61,527 nt of DNA, filler included, from Basidioascus undulatus (GCA_000826855.1; 5 parts of 5 records of this genome joined end to end with filler, not necessarily neighbours in it), one strand, 5' to 3'. Positions 25,421 through 38,068 are shown, numbered from the whole stretch's first letter. Notes: a model not told the origin generated them from the sequence alone. A program made the numbers and translations.

Positions 25421-27724
25421 TTACGAGCCTTCTTTCCACTTCTCAAACTCCGCCCTCATTTTTTCTGCAAAGTCCGCATCTGCCAACACCTTGAATCCGA
25501 CCGTCGCAATGCCCTTGGCAGCCTGCAGCGTGGCGACGTGCGCGGCGTGGGTCTTGGTGACTTTGGTGAATCCAGGGGTATGACTGCGGGAAGGGTGGTT
25601 AGCCTCTGCGCATTGAGCGTAAACGGCCGGTATCCAGAACGCACTTGCTCGAGCCGGGCTTGGACGGGATGTCTGGGGAGAATGTGTGTTAGATGCGCAT
25701 CCGATCGCTCCGATTTCGAGAGAGCGGTGGAAAACCTACTGTATCCGGGATGAAGACCAGGAAGGTTATAGGAAACTGCACCGAAATCGGTCGACGCCCC
25801 ACCCGGGGTGTACGAAACGGCGATGTCGAGCCCGAACCGGCCCTTCATGTAACGCACGTACTCGCCAGCTGTGAACCGAGAATGAGTCTCAGCTCACTGA
25901 CAATCAAATAGGAGCAGTCAATACAAACTGAGGTGGTAATTTTGATGGATCTCGTGATGAGGAATGCCGTGCTTCACGGTGAAAGTGCAGCCCGTCGCAA
26001 GCGCCGCAGCCTCGCAGCAGACGACGGCGCGTTTCTTGAGCTCCACCAGCTCGGCGAACGTTCCCGAACGGACGCGGTACCTATGAAATGACTTCGTTAT
26101 CAGCCGGATCCTTGTCCCTTGAAGATTGGATGGTGATACCTGATCTTCGAGTAGGCAGGGATAACTGTGGAAGTCCGGACAGCCATCAACATCTTAACCC
26201 GCCCGGCACCGAACTTCAACATACTGTTGGGAACCCAATCATTTCCCTCGATGATACCATGCATGCGCTCATACGGCTTGATCTGTCCTTGTAATGGCAG
26301 GGTGAATAACATCGCAACTCAGCCAAGCAGCCAAAGCAGCCAAAGCGCGCACCTGCTGCCGCATAGCGCTCAAGTTATTATAGGCCAGTATCGCTGCGTC
26401 AAGGGCATTGATGCCCTCGTCGGGCTGAAGGGAGGCGTGGGCGCTGGGAAAAAAACGAGGGTGAGTTGCACGCGTAGGTGGCTGAATGATGCCAGATCGA
26501 ATTCGAACGCGTGACCATAATACTCGACCGCTGTGAGGGGGTCCGTTCAGCGTTTCATGCTTCTGTCCATAAATAAAGAGTCACGTACAGAATGAGTCCA
26601 TAGCGAGGCAAGGCACGATCGCGTCCCCGTTGGCCGAACCACCGCCGGGGTGGATCATCAAGCACGCGTCCATGTCCTGGTATGCGCCAGCCTTGAGTAG
26701 AAGAACTTTCCCTGAAAACGCGGCGTTTCAAATCACAAGCCTCAAACCCAGGCCGGCTGCTTACCACCACCGTTCTCCTCGGCTGGCGTCCCGAGCAGGA
26801 TGATGCGACCAGGGATGTCGAGCTTGACAAGTGCGGCGGCGGCGCCTAGGGCGGCAGCCACGCCGCCCTCTGCAATCAAGTCTTGAGGAGAAGAAGTTAA
26901 TCGTATCTTCCAACTATATAAGAATCAGGATGGAAAGGCGTACTGTGACCGCACTGTAACGAAATGGCGCACCCTTCAGCAACGAGCTTCACACCGAAGT
27001 CCAGAATGCGACTCACAGCGTGTCCAATTCCGGGAAGAGCCTGTAAGCATCCATTTAGTATCCTATACCGACCTGGTTCTATCGACAGGAGAGGCCTACA
27101 TCCATTTCCGCGTTGAAGCCCAGTACCCGCCCGCCGACTCCGTGGCTGAACTCGGCCACCCACGCGGTCTTGAGCCCGTACGCGGAGCGGAGCACTGTCC
27201 ATCCAGCTTGCTTCTCCAAAAAGGCGCACAGTACTTTCTGTGCGTTGAACTCCTTGAATCCAAGCTCTGGCTTGGCTGTCGAAACACAGATCTTGCGGAC
27301 GTCAGTGCCAAGCAAGTAGGGTGATTGTGCGTCCGATACGCACCATGAATAGCGAGCCCAATACGACGAAGTTCAGGCTCAAGCTTGTCTATCCGGGCTT
27401 CGATAACCTTCGACGCCTGGTCATCATAAGCCAGCGACTCGTACGCCGGCGGGTTGTCGACGTCGAGGTTGACGAGCTCGGCGTTGCGCGGAAGGGAGAA
27501 ATCGCAGATGTCGCAGCCGTGTTCAGCATGGATCTCGACCTGATGCATTTGAATGTCAGAAGGGAGGTGCTTCGAGCTAGGCGATGATAAGAGCGCACGC
27601 TGGATGCGTCGATGCTGCCTGGGCAGCCAGCGGTGTGCGAGTGACAGTGCGAAACGCCGGGAGAACATCCGGCGGAGGATTTCGACCTCGGAAGTCGAGT
27701 GAACAGAGACAGGCACCCAGTCAT
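25421..27724 (-). CDS. Peptidase M20D amidohydrolase (PM20D2/ACY1L2-like)
   Basis: [77 protein letters not shown]; stop TAA at 25421-25423. Confidence 0.92.
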
Positions 27725-28672
27725 GTTAGTCGTTCGAGAGGAAATGTAGAGGTGGGCGAAGCTGAAGGTGGACAGAAAGATGATGATGGCCTTGGATAAT
27801 GTCGTCGCAATCGTCGCCGCGCCTGCGGCCCGAGTTCGGAGGTCCGGAATCCAAAACCCGAGAAATGCGCGTTGGGGTTTTGTTGGGCAAGGAACGGTGA
27901 ATGTACTTTTTCTAATGCATACAGGTGCTTGTTGCGCACGCATTAATCAAGCAAAAGTTTTCCAAGCCATGGATCCTCAGATTTGACGCGTGGTCGCAAC
28001 TCAAGGCCCGAGCGTTTGTGCCCATACATGTCAGGGTGCTCATTGATGCCCACTTTTGACCACTCATTCTTCTGCAAGAAGGTAACACCTCTCATTAACC
28101 CCAATCATGTCCGGCTCGCAAAGCCGCAACAGTGCGATCCCCAACCAGCCCAACCAAGCCAGTCAGCACGGCAGAACGCGGACGCGGCGCGCTGTGTCGT
28201 TCGACCCGCCGTTGCTCATGCAGTGCGAAATCGTTTATTTCATGATCCAAAAATTGCTCGGTCTAAGAACGGTAAGGTCACAATGCGACTTGCCTGGTTT
28301 CGCTGTACAGCGTGAGTGGGACGACGTTGGCGCTGGATACAGAGCGCTGCCAGACAGCGAGCCCGATGCTATTCTTCTTCTTCTGACAAGCCTGAATCAA
28401 CCTTGGCCTTACAGCTATTTGCAACCTTTCAGAAGCCAACCTCTGAGAGCTTACTGGGTCCGCAACTGGTCGCAAAGGGAGACTGCACTGCCTACCCTTA
28501 TACAGTACTCACGTTACAACCGGGGCTTTTCATGCTTCCTTGCCAAGAGAAGATCTCGTGGTCAGGGCGCGAAGGCAGTACGTCCGCATGCAGTGGCTGT
28601 TTATGGTTGGTCCATGCACAAAACTGGGAATCATTAGCGAGCAGACCGCTCACTTTCCTTGTCCTCATCGCC

Positions 28673-29680
28673 ATGCACAGCTCGATCTTCACTTCCTCAC
28701 GCTGGCGGTGCACACCGCAGTTACGTTCGCAATGGAGGATGGTGTTCAACGGATCACTGTCCCATCAGGGCCGATCCCGGTCAGTACGTCCGGTGTGGGT
28801 TTGGCGGCATGCGCTTTCCCCATCTAAGGTCACTCACGTCCAGGGGACCTTTCGCCTCTCCTCTTCGTCGAATACAGACTCCAACTTTACCTACAACGTC
28901 TATTCGAATTCCATCAGCCGCTATTCTACCGACAAGCAAGTCATCAGCTTTTTTGGCGCGACGCTCGTTCTCTCTTCGCCCTCGAACGCGTCCGTCCGGC
29001 GCGACCCTGTCATCCGAGAAGCCGCGATACGGCTACTACAACCAATCCTTCAACTTGGATACTTTGGTCTTTCCCATCTCATACGAGCCCCCTGACGCGA
29101 GCGTCGTTACCCGAGGCGGACTGCTCTACGACGAGGCGACGGGGGAATGGTCGCTTCCGGAGAACGGGACCGTCGCGCTGTGCCAGCTCAACTACGGCGG
29201 CGACTGGGGCGTTCCTACAACGGGTGGGGCAAACGCCTCTGAGATTGGAGAGTTGAAGGTCCGGTATGTGGGACAGGAAAAAGTTGTGTATGGCTAGGGC
29301 TGAATTCTACCCAGACGACTTGGTACGGTTCCAAGGGCTACTAAGTGGGTAAGGAGCCCAAGCTAGGCTATGGGACATTCTACTGCATCTCGCCTCCGTT
29401 TTCGAATAAGGAACCTGCCCTTCTTGATGTACCTCGTTCAAAGTCTTCTAACATCTGTTGGTTCAGCCGGGCGAAACCATCACGAGCTCCGTCAATCAAG
29501 TTCACCGTTACCGACCAAGGAAACGAGACGTCCACCACTAACTTCGGAACGCAGGTCCTGGCCACGCACAGCTCTGAGCTTACGGGACAGGCATACGACT
29601 CCGCTGCAGGAAGGGTGGGATTGGGAATAAGCGGGCTCCGTCTTACGATCACTTGGGCGATTGTCGCGGCTTTGGTGTAA
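28673..29680 (+). pseudogene. Probable secreted or GPI-anchored protein gene, frameshifted
   Basis: Signal-like FLTLAVHTAVTFA is out of frame with ATG 28673. Body is Ser/Thr/Asn-rich with N-x-S/T sites, with a second frame change near 28995, and ends in a hydrophobic tail (DSAAGRVGLGISGLRLTITWAIVAALV). Confidence 0.45.
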
Positions 29681-30328
29681 TACATGGAATGTAACGCGGA
29701 AATATCAGCTCGAAAACGAGCTCCATTAATGAACAGAGATGAGTTCCTGACGAGACCAAAAAAACACGAGAGGTCAGGGCCTGCTGGCTATAAGCCTATG
29801 CGCGAGAACAGACCTCGCCGGATAAGAGCTGTGGCCAAACATGTCGACCTGTTGAATTAACAGGGTATGTATATTCCTTTCAGAAGTATTTCTGAAGCTG
29901 TTTAATGGGAAAGGTCGCAGGCTCTTGTCTTCCTTCGATGATGACAGCGTTTTCATGCAGCGCCCACGCAACGGTCCTCAATGAAAACAAGTGAAAGAGA
30001 GAGTGACCGAGTCGATGCACAATCTTCCTCGCCTGGCACAGAGTCTGAAAAATTTCTGAGAGTAAGATAGTGGAAATATTTGCGTTTGTGTATTGTGGTG
30101 TTGCGAATGTTTTGTTGTGCAGCGCTGCAGCACACTGCACTGAGCACATTGCCTGTTCCGCGGACCAAAACCGCTGAAACAATATTGCCGTGATGTCTTC
30201 TCCCTTCCGCCATCAGGACAATCCAGCTCGCTCATTATTCTGAACCTTTCCGCTAACCCATTTCGATCACTAGCACGAAACTCGATTGTTGCGCTGGGGG
30301 GACCGCCCACGACGCTCTTCGTGCCAGA

Positions 30329-31778
30329 ATGCCGAGCGACAGCCCTGCACCCAGGAGGGCTGAGTCGGACGAGGACGGTGAGGATGAGTCGAATAGGGAA
30401 GTGGTGGACGCTCGCGAGGGGCCGAGTAGGGGCGCGGGCGCGAGGCCCAGCTTGCTCGATCGACTGGGCCCAAAGCCTTCAAAGGATGATTGGAAACAGC
30501 AGGGCGAGCAGAGAGGGAAGAGTCGCAGCAGCCTGTCACCTTCTTCGAGGTCGAGATCGATTCCTCCCCCGCCGAGACCTTCACCCGCGCCATCATCCAT
30601 CACATCATCCGCGCACCGCTGAGCCGCTCCGTCCATCCCCTCCCTCACAACCTCAGAGACGACCACATCCGCGCGTTTTACGCCCCCTCCAACCTCGGAA
30701 TCCACACCCACGCCCACTATCACCGCTCCGGTCGACCTCTCCCTCTCCCTCATCTCCAACCTCCTCCCCGCCCCGCCGCATATGCTCCTCGGCCCGCAGA
30801 CGCTCGCGCGCCTCAAGCGCCTGCCGAACCCCATGATCCTCGCACGCCCGTGGACATGGAAGCGCGAGCGCAGCCCGCCGGCGTTCGAGAGGGGCGCGGG
30901 TTGGAGAGATTCGGACTGGGGGCTGGGCGTGAGGGAGGAGAGCGAGTTGGTTAGGATGGGGTGGGAGGAGGTGAGGGAGGAGGGTGAGAGGGAGCGGAAG
31001 AGGCGCAGGGTCAAAGAGAAGGAGATGGAGGCGGCGCGCTCCGCAAGCGTGCAGAAGCGGTCTGATTCGAACGTCGAGGCGAGCCAGGACGTCTCGCCGC
31101 CAGCCCCCGCAGCTAGTCGACGTCCCACCTGCAACCGCCAAGCCCGCAGCCCGCTCCGTCTTTCGCGCGAGGTTCCCGGAGCCTAAGGCGCCCTCACGCC
31201 CCGCATCCCCTTCGCCTCGCACGTCCACTGCAGTCACCGCGCCCAGATCCCGTCCGGCCAACAGCCCCGCCCCTGCACCCGCATCGCGACCCTCGCCAGT
31301 GCAACCAGCTTTCACGGCCGCGCCCACGGACCCCGTAGTCGCAGAGGACGAAGAAGCCGAGGTTGAGGCAGCGCTCCTAGGCGGGCGGGCGTCTTCGCCT
31401 CCGCCGAGAGGCGCTTGGCAAGGCGCTGCGGGCAAGGCGGGACCTTCAAAGTCCGCGCCTGAAGCAACTCCTCCCGTCAAGCTCCGTCGGCCTGGGCCAT
31501 TCACCTCGTCACCGTCTCCGCTTCCGCCGTCGAGCAAGCGCAAAGCAGAGCACTCGCCGCAGGCATGGGGCCCCTTTCCGTTCACACCAGCTTGGACGCG
31601 CGGCTCAAGTCCGGCTCGGGGTCCGGATTCGGTGCGACCGCCTCATCGACCTCTTCCTTCTCCTCTTCAACCCAGCCCCCGCCCGCCTGACACCGATATT
31701 CCAACCTCCTTCCTCCGCCCCCGCCTACCCCGCCCTCGAAAACAAAAAGGTAGCCCCCCGATCCTAACGACCCGCTAA
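30329..31778 (+). pseudogene. Low-complexity Pro/Ser/Arg-rich protein gene with internal stop and frameshift
   Basis: ORFs 30329-30622 and 30782-31186 share one frame separated only by TGA at 30620-30622. Coding-like sequence continues in another frame to 31778. Confidence 0.4.
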
Positions 31779-33908
31779 CTTTGAACAGATCTGCATAAAC
31801 CCGAAAGCCAAAAGAATAAACCCGACATGACGCGCGCGCGCGATATCCTTCATCCTCTCTTTTCTTTCCTTCCCTTTGCATTATGATTTGCTGTTGTGTA
31901 GGAGGAGGAGCTGGGGGAGCTGTACACTACGCTTGGTGGGCTGGGTGGGAGGAGGATGAACACGAACGCGAAGTTAAAGTCGACGATGAAGGCGATGGTG
32001 ATGGCTACACGGTTCGGTATGGTCGCCCGCCCGCGCGTGCTGGTCGGTGGAACACTCACTTCGCTAACAGGCTCAGGACTGGTGTCAATGCCGGTTGGGA
32101 TGGGAAGGGACGAGGCACCCGCGCATCCTCGCACTCGTACCCGATTATACCCCACTAACCTCGACCCCCCTCTCGACTTCCGACGACCGACCCGCTCCCA
32201 CGTCCGCTCGCTCTCGCTCTCTCGCGCTTCTTCTCTCTTTCTTGCTCTCGCTCGAGGGGTAGTGCGGGTACGATCGAACTGTATCGAGGGGTGTCGCGAC
32301 GACGGCCAGCTCGTGCGAGACCCACCGCCGCCGCCGTCCATCTTCCTCGGCCGCTCAGTGCTCAGCCGTACATGCTCGATACTCAAAATCAAATCGGGGC
32401 TGGATCTCTTCGTGCATCTGGCATCGTGAGGGAACACCCTGCAGGGCAAGGCACGCTGCTGAGGGTCCCCGGCAGCTGCAGGCACTTTTTCACGGGGCCT
32501 GGATATCCATATACATCTCAGTGCCCCCGTCGCCCTTCCTTCCCCGACCGTTTGGGCGCGCGCGAACCTCGCTCACCCACATCATCCCGCGCGCGCTTTC
32601 GGTCCACATCCTTAACTGGACAAACATCTCGCTCCACCATCAAGTTCGAACCCGAACGATCGAGGCGACTCTCGTTCGCAGTAGCCATTCGCCTTCAAAA
32701 GCGGCCCTCACAAGTAGACATCCTCATTTTTCCCTTTCGTTTGCTATTCTGATTCGGATGCGGGTCCGGTGGTCCGGCTTCAAACGCGTTTGTTAAGTAG
32801 GCAGATAGAACCGAGCAGCTCTAGGTACAATCTGCTGTGTTTCTGAGCTCCTCACGAGCACCTCTGGCCCAGATGAGATTCAGATATCACTTTGTCTGTG
32901 AAGTGTAAAGCAATGAGCAGCTAGAGCTTCAGTGGCAGCATCGACTTCTAACAAGGCCCCTTGTTGCTCCGTAGGGGAATCGCGCTTGCTTCCCCCAAGA
33001 ACCGGACTGCGGTATCGCTGCGCATGCTCGGTGGGGGTCCTGCACCCGTCCTCGTCATCGACACAATGCACTGCCAAGTCTCAGCGTGCGCTCCCCGTCG
33101 AAAGCTGCATAGGTGTTGCGCACAACGGCTGCAGGCTGACACTTGCGTCGAGCAGCCCGCGTTGAAGCCCAATTCCCAACGTGCAGGGTCAAAGCAGTTG
33201 AGCACAAGTTAAAGAGGAGGGCGCATCGAGATGGCGGTTCATGAATCCATGGTAATGGGCTTCAATATACAGAGTAATGGGGGACAATTTGAACCGGTTT
33301 TTAGGGCGTGGATGAAAGCAAGGGTTACTGCTCTTAACACGCCTCCGCGTCCTTCGCAGCTTAAAGACGGACATATCAAAAGTTGAGCAAGGCCTCAGGT
33401 TTAGGATCACTTTCATTCAGACTTGGTCACTGGTATTGTGGAAGGGACCGGAGAAGCATCGGAGGAAGCTGCGCAGTGCGGAACCGTTGCGCTGCCCTCC
33501 CTCAAGACCTGGCGAACGGTATACGTAAGAAGCAGTGGCATGTAAAATACTTTTTTTTGTTTCCGGCGGTTTCTATTGTGCACGATAGAAAAGAAGGGGT
33601 CTCGCAGTCGATGAGTAGAGGTCGATTGCCGTCGAGATACAGGGCGTCTACCTCTGGAGATCCACGCAGCCGTCCCTCTATCAAAGTTATTTTTGTCGAA
33701 TGACGGCCTTACAGCTGTCTAGTATGATCAGCGGAAGGGCGGAGAACTTGCGATAGGGTTCTTTCCACGAGCAAGAGAGGGCCGGTATCACAAAGGCGGT
33801 GCAACGCCGGTAGTGGCATGCAGTCACCCCCCTGAAAATGATACCTTTTGCCCTCGCCTAACCGCTCTCCATCAGTACACACTCTTCACGTAGCCGGCTC
33901 TCCTCGAA

Positions 33909-34375
33909 ATGGCCGAGACTCCTTCTAAGCCCTCAGTCGACACTTACGAGCTTCAGACCATTCTTTCGCGTAATCCGACGCTGCGGCCGCCGCCCTCATC
34001 CGTTTCGAGCTCAAACGAGCTCCCTCGGCCGTTTCCTCGAGCATCGCGGACCACCTTCTCGATGATCCAGCGGATTTCATCCACTTCGATCCAGGCAGCC
34101 GCCTCACCGTCTTTTTCAGTCTCGCCTTGAGCTTCATCGGTGGCACAGCTTTCATTGTGGCAGGCGCTCTTGGTGGGAGCCCGGACTTGAGCAAGGCCAG
34201 CAGGGTGATCAGCTTGGGCCTTTCAGGCATCATCACCATCTGCACGGACGCGACGGGCTACATGCACGCCACTACGCTGAAATGGACATTGGCCCGCGAG
34301 AGACGCCTTCGCTTCAACGCCAATTTCATGTCGAAAGAACAGGACTGGAGAGGGTTACACAGAAATATTGAATAA
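33909..34375 (+). pseudogene. Two-TM small membrane protein, SLATT/DUF4231-like; frameshifted or spliced near 33975
   Basis: Open frame 33974-34375 gives LTVFFSLALSFIGGTAFIVAGAL, a loop, VISLGLSGIITICTDATGYM, then KWTLARERRL. The only nearby ATG (33909) is in another frame. Confidence 0.45.
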
Positions 34376-34700
34376 TAGTGAAATGACAGAGCCACGAAAA
34401 CCTACGAAGATCCTTCTGCATGCCTATCGAGCAGTTCTTGAGCTTGCAGGTAGCGAAGTGGCGGACGACGGCCGCAGCGAGGGCAGCCCAGCTCGGAATC
34501 TCTCCTTCCTTAGTGTCAGAGCGAGCGTTCGAGCTCAGACTAAGCTTCGAGAGCGCGGGCTGGAAGAAGTCGTCGACGCCGTACAGGTCGCGGAAGGCGT
34601 GGCAGGTCTGAAAGAGAGCGACGTGCGTCGAGAGCCAGGCGATCTGCGAGCGGATTTCGAGCAGGATGTCGGGCGGGAGTGTAGAGAGCCTGAGCTTCAT
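34326..34700 (-). CDS. Small F-box-like protein, possibly truncated
   Basis: MKLRLSTLPPDILLEIRSQI...HVALFQTCHAFRDLY is an F-box-type pattern. Confidence 0.6.
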   Translation of the reverse strand: MKLRLSTLPPDILLEIRSQIAWLSTHVALFQTCHAFRDLYGVDDFFQPALSKLSLSSNARSDTKEGEIPSWAALAAAVVRHFATCKLKNCSIGMQKDLRRFSWLCHFTIIQYFCVTLSSPVLST

Positions 34701-35756
34701 GTCGAAGATACTTCGAAAGTTGCTGGTGAATGGGCTGAGAAGAGGAGACCGGATGCGACGGTCCTGGTAAGTGAAGACTCGCGACGAGGGACCCGCAAAC
34801 GAAGAAATGACGCCCACGACTGCGCTGGCATACCGAGGGTCTAAATCTACACATATAATTTGAACCAAATGTCCGAAGTTTACTTGAGGACAATCAGCAA
34901 TACAGCGGATGGGCCTCCCTTGGTGGTCAGTTCTGGTGAGTCACCAAGAGCCCCCAGTGTACGTCTCCCGTGATCAAAATGCATCTAAAAAACAATAGCC
35001 AATACCGGGCATATTAGAGTATCCGGGCCGAAAATACCACTACGCAGGCCCTTGCTCGATGCTCCGTTTATCGATGAAGACCCGCGGACTACACCGAGTG
35101 CCTGAGTTTCGTGTGTGAGCTGGCAGTTGCTTCTGAAATAAAAATAAAAATAAAGTCCCCACTTTATTTTCCTCCAATTATGGTCGACCGTCTGACGTCC
35201 AAGCTGCTGGTGCTTACTGAACGACAGCGGCGAAGGTTGAAAATCAACTACTGACCTTGGAGACTTTCTGAAGAGGGCTGATACCATGTCCTTGTCAAAT
35301 TGACCTAGGATCACACCTAAAGTAAAAGGGGAGGGTGAAGTACCATTTCCGGGAGAACACGAGGCGCAGTGGCTCCGGAGGACAGAGAATGCAGATTTTT
35401 TTTGGCTCAAATGTTGACCCGCAGAAGCCCATAATCAAGGCGCAACGGACGTCTGGACCTTTCCCTTCACATTAACAAGCTTAAGAACCAGATTGATATA
35501 TGATCATCTATCAACCACTTCACAACTTCGGAGTAGGCTGTGGCCGGCGAAGATGGAACAACTGTCAGTCGACTGCATGTTCGTCTTCCTCGCTTGCCTC
35601 GTCTGGTCGTGCAGAATAGAAAGACTGCATATTTTGAACAACCTCAGATTGAAGAGCACGCTGCGTAGGTAGGGACTGACAGGCTATGGGTAGCCGAAAC
35701 ACTCATTTCGCCATAGCTTTAGGAAGATTTGTTATCACGCGAAACTCATAGCAAGA

Positions 35757-35838
35757 AGTTGCGTGTTCTAATGGTCATGATTTCTCTTTCACACTTAGGA
35801 GACAGAGAAGGTTCCCGGTTCGATCCCGGGCGCGACTA
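35757..35838 (+). tRNA. tRNA-Val(CAC) with 9-nt intron (35794-35802)
   Basis: Acceptor stem AGTTGCG/CGCGACT; anticodon stem TCTCT/AGAGA with loop TT-CAC-A[intron]C; T arm CCCGG-TTCGATC-CCGGG; T5 terminator at 35841-35845. Confidence 0.88.
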
Positions 35839-35956
35839 TATTTTTCCCGTTAATAATCGAAGTACTCCATTGGGACTGAAGGAGACAATGCAAAATTCAA
35901 AGCCACTGGCAGTGCAGGCTGGCAGTCGTCGGTTCTGGCTCAGAATGACAAAAGTA

Positions 35957-36034
35957 TGCTTGAACCGTGAATCGAACACGGGGCGGGTCGAATCAGAATG
36001 GCAACGACCCAGGTTACCACTACCCCACCCAAGC
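35957..36034 (-). tRNA. tRNA-Gly(GCC) with 7-nt intron (35992-35998)
   Basis: Acceptor GCTTGGG/TTCAAGC, D arm GGGT/ACCT, anticodon stem GGTCG/CGACC with TT-GCC-A[intron]T, T arm CCGTG-TTCGATT-CACGG; 71 nt after splicing; T4 run downstream. Confidence 0.9.
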
Positions 36035-36552
36035 CTGTGATGCTACTATATCTATTGCATTTAGTTATTTTAGTCCAAGTCTGTAAACTTCACTAAAGGC
36101 TTCATAAAGGCATCAAAAAAAGAAGAGACAAAGAGGAAAGCTGATAATGGTAAAAACGATGAAATGCGACGCACTATTGAAGCGGTGTACCTGCACGCTC
36201 TTTGATGCGGTCGCGAAAGCGACACCCAGTCACTGACGCACCACGCTCCACTCTTGTATGCCTCGAGCGCGCATCCGAACATACTTGAGTATTCTCTTAG
36301 GGTCAGTCCTACCTTTGAAATTTCAAGCCCATCTATCTCAAAAGCAAGACAATCTCAAGTGGATTCGTTCCACGTGACCGCGTCTCACCCTTCGCGTGCG
36401 ACTGGCAAGATCCTGGACTTTCTGGAACGACCCCACTCCACCCCACTCTAGTATTGCCTTCCAGCTCGCAGCTGTTCTTTATCATTTTAAACTCAGAAAC
36501 CATACACGTACTGCTCAATCCACCCGGCCTCATCCGCCCCCTCGCTCTCGGG

Positions 36553-36895
36553 ATGCTGCACATCCCCTCACGCCCGCAACCGTCCACGTCCGCACCCCTT
36601 CCTCCCTCCCAGCCACAACCTGCTCTCCAACCACCACAACCACCACCCCAACCGCCGCTATACGCTCCCACCGCGCCCGCTCAGACCCTCCCAATCTTCA
36701 CTCCCCCACCGCCGCGCAGCTCCCCGCGCCCGCTCAAGCGCCCGCACGCGCAGCGCGAAGACGTCACGCCTCCGCCTACCAAGCGCCGGCGGCATCGGAA
36801 CCTCGCTAAGACCCTCGAGGCGCTGAGCTTTGGGGATGTGGACGGGGTGGGGCTCCGTGCTGGAGGAGGCTGAGGCTGGGGTTCCGCTTCGAGAT
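36553..36895 (+). CDS. Hypothetical Pro-rich protein, 5' part, cut by contig end
   Basis: ATG at 36553, Pro/Gln-rich frame with NLS-like PPTKRRRHR, probable GT donor near 36838. Confidence 0.45.
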
Positions 36896-36995
36896 NNNNN
36901 NNNNNNNNNNNNNNNNNNNNNNNNNNNNNNNNNNNNNNNTTAATTAATTAANNNNNNNNNNNNNNNNNNNNNNNNNNNNNNNNNNNNNNNNNNNN
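36896..36995. other. Artificial contig spacer
   Basis: N44-TTAATTAATTAA-N44. Confidence 0.98.
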
Positions 36996-38068
36996 TCTCA
37001 AAATCATGTTTCCCTTCCACTCACCATTTTCTGACAGACAACCGCTCAGCCAACGCAACCCTCCTCATCGTCCACCCGCCCACACCCGACCCCGAAGCGC
37101 CCCTCACCATCCCCTCCGCCTCTCCCCCGACACCCCAAGGCGAGATCGACCACGTGGACATCATCGTGCGTTCTCCCTCTCACGCAGCTTACCCCATCAC
37201 TCCAACCCCGCCCCCACAGCCCGGCCGCACAGCAACGTTCCACCTCCCCGGCCTGCCCCCCATCCCGCGCCACCTGCACTCCACCACGCCCTCCGACTTC
37301 ACCTCCCTCTTCGGCCCGCCCACCTCGCGCTTCTACAAGCAAGACGACCGGCTCGACATCCACGTGCGGTCGTCCTCCTCCTCCCCCTCCTCCTCGTCCG
37401 ATTCCTGTGCGTCCCATCTCCCTTTCCCTTTTCTCTCTTTGACTTCCCCGCTCAGATACTCCTCCATCCGCGCACAGACTTCCTCAACTACCCAACCCAC
37501 GGCTTTGACGCGCTCTTCTCGCGCGCGCACAGGCTCCTCAAGCTCGTCCTCCACACCAACCTCCCCGGCACGCCCCTCTTCCACGCATACAAGCGCTGCC
37601 CCTGGCGCATTATCGTCTCTCCCTTGCCCTCGCCTTCCACTTCCCTCATCCAACCTTCCGGTACCCACGCCACCGCCTCAGAAGACGGGGCGGGAATGGC
37701 CGAGCTCGACGCTGTGTCGTTTACGGACAAAGTGCGCCTCTTCCTTTCGTCGTCTTCTTTCCTCTGTCTCCGATTATTTACTCTGGAATGCGTGGGTGTG
37801 AATAGATCTCCACCATCCTCGAGCTGCTCTCGCCCGACGCGCCCCCCGACCGCATGGACCTCGACCGCGCACGCGAGGCAGGGCTCGACTGGAAGCCTCC
37901 TCTGGGCATAACCGGTGCGTTTCACCCATTCCCACCATTGCCTCACCTTGCTTTTACTTCTAATTGTCTGACAAGTGCTCGGTGCGGACACCAGAGCTCG
38001 TCGGCCTGCCGGGACTGGTCCTCGAAGTCACGCAGGAAGGGGACGTCGCGAGCGTTTGCGTCTGCTAG
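36996..38068 (+). CDS. UPF0183 / C16orf70 (PHAF1)-family protein, C-terminal part, 5' truncated
   Basis: FGPPTSRFYKQDDRLDIH, Y|FLNYPTHGFDALF, KLVLHTNLPG.PLF..YKRCPW, and GLPGLVLEV..GDVASV followed by TAG at 38066-38068. Confidence 0.82.

Noticed and set aside
22496..30622. TGA recoding (Trp/Sec) to explain in-frame stops at 22496 and 30620
   Set aside because: TGA terminates intact genes here (TBCE, RFC, otubain, M13), and the same loci also carry frameshifts.
32800..33850. Further decayed gene on the minus strand
   Set aside because: Only scattered short frames and no recognisable motif; not supportable without a search.
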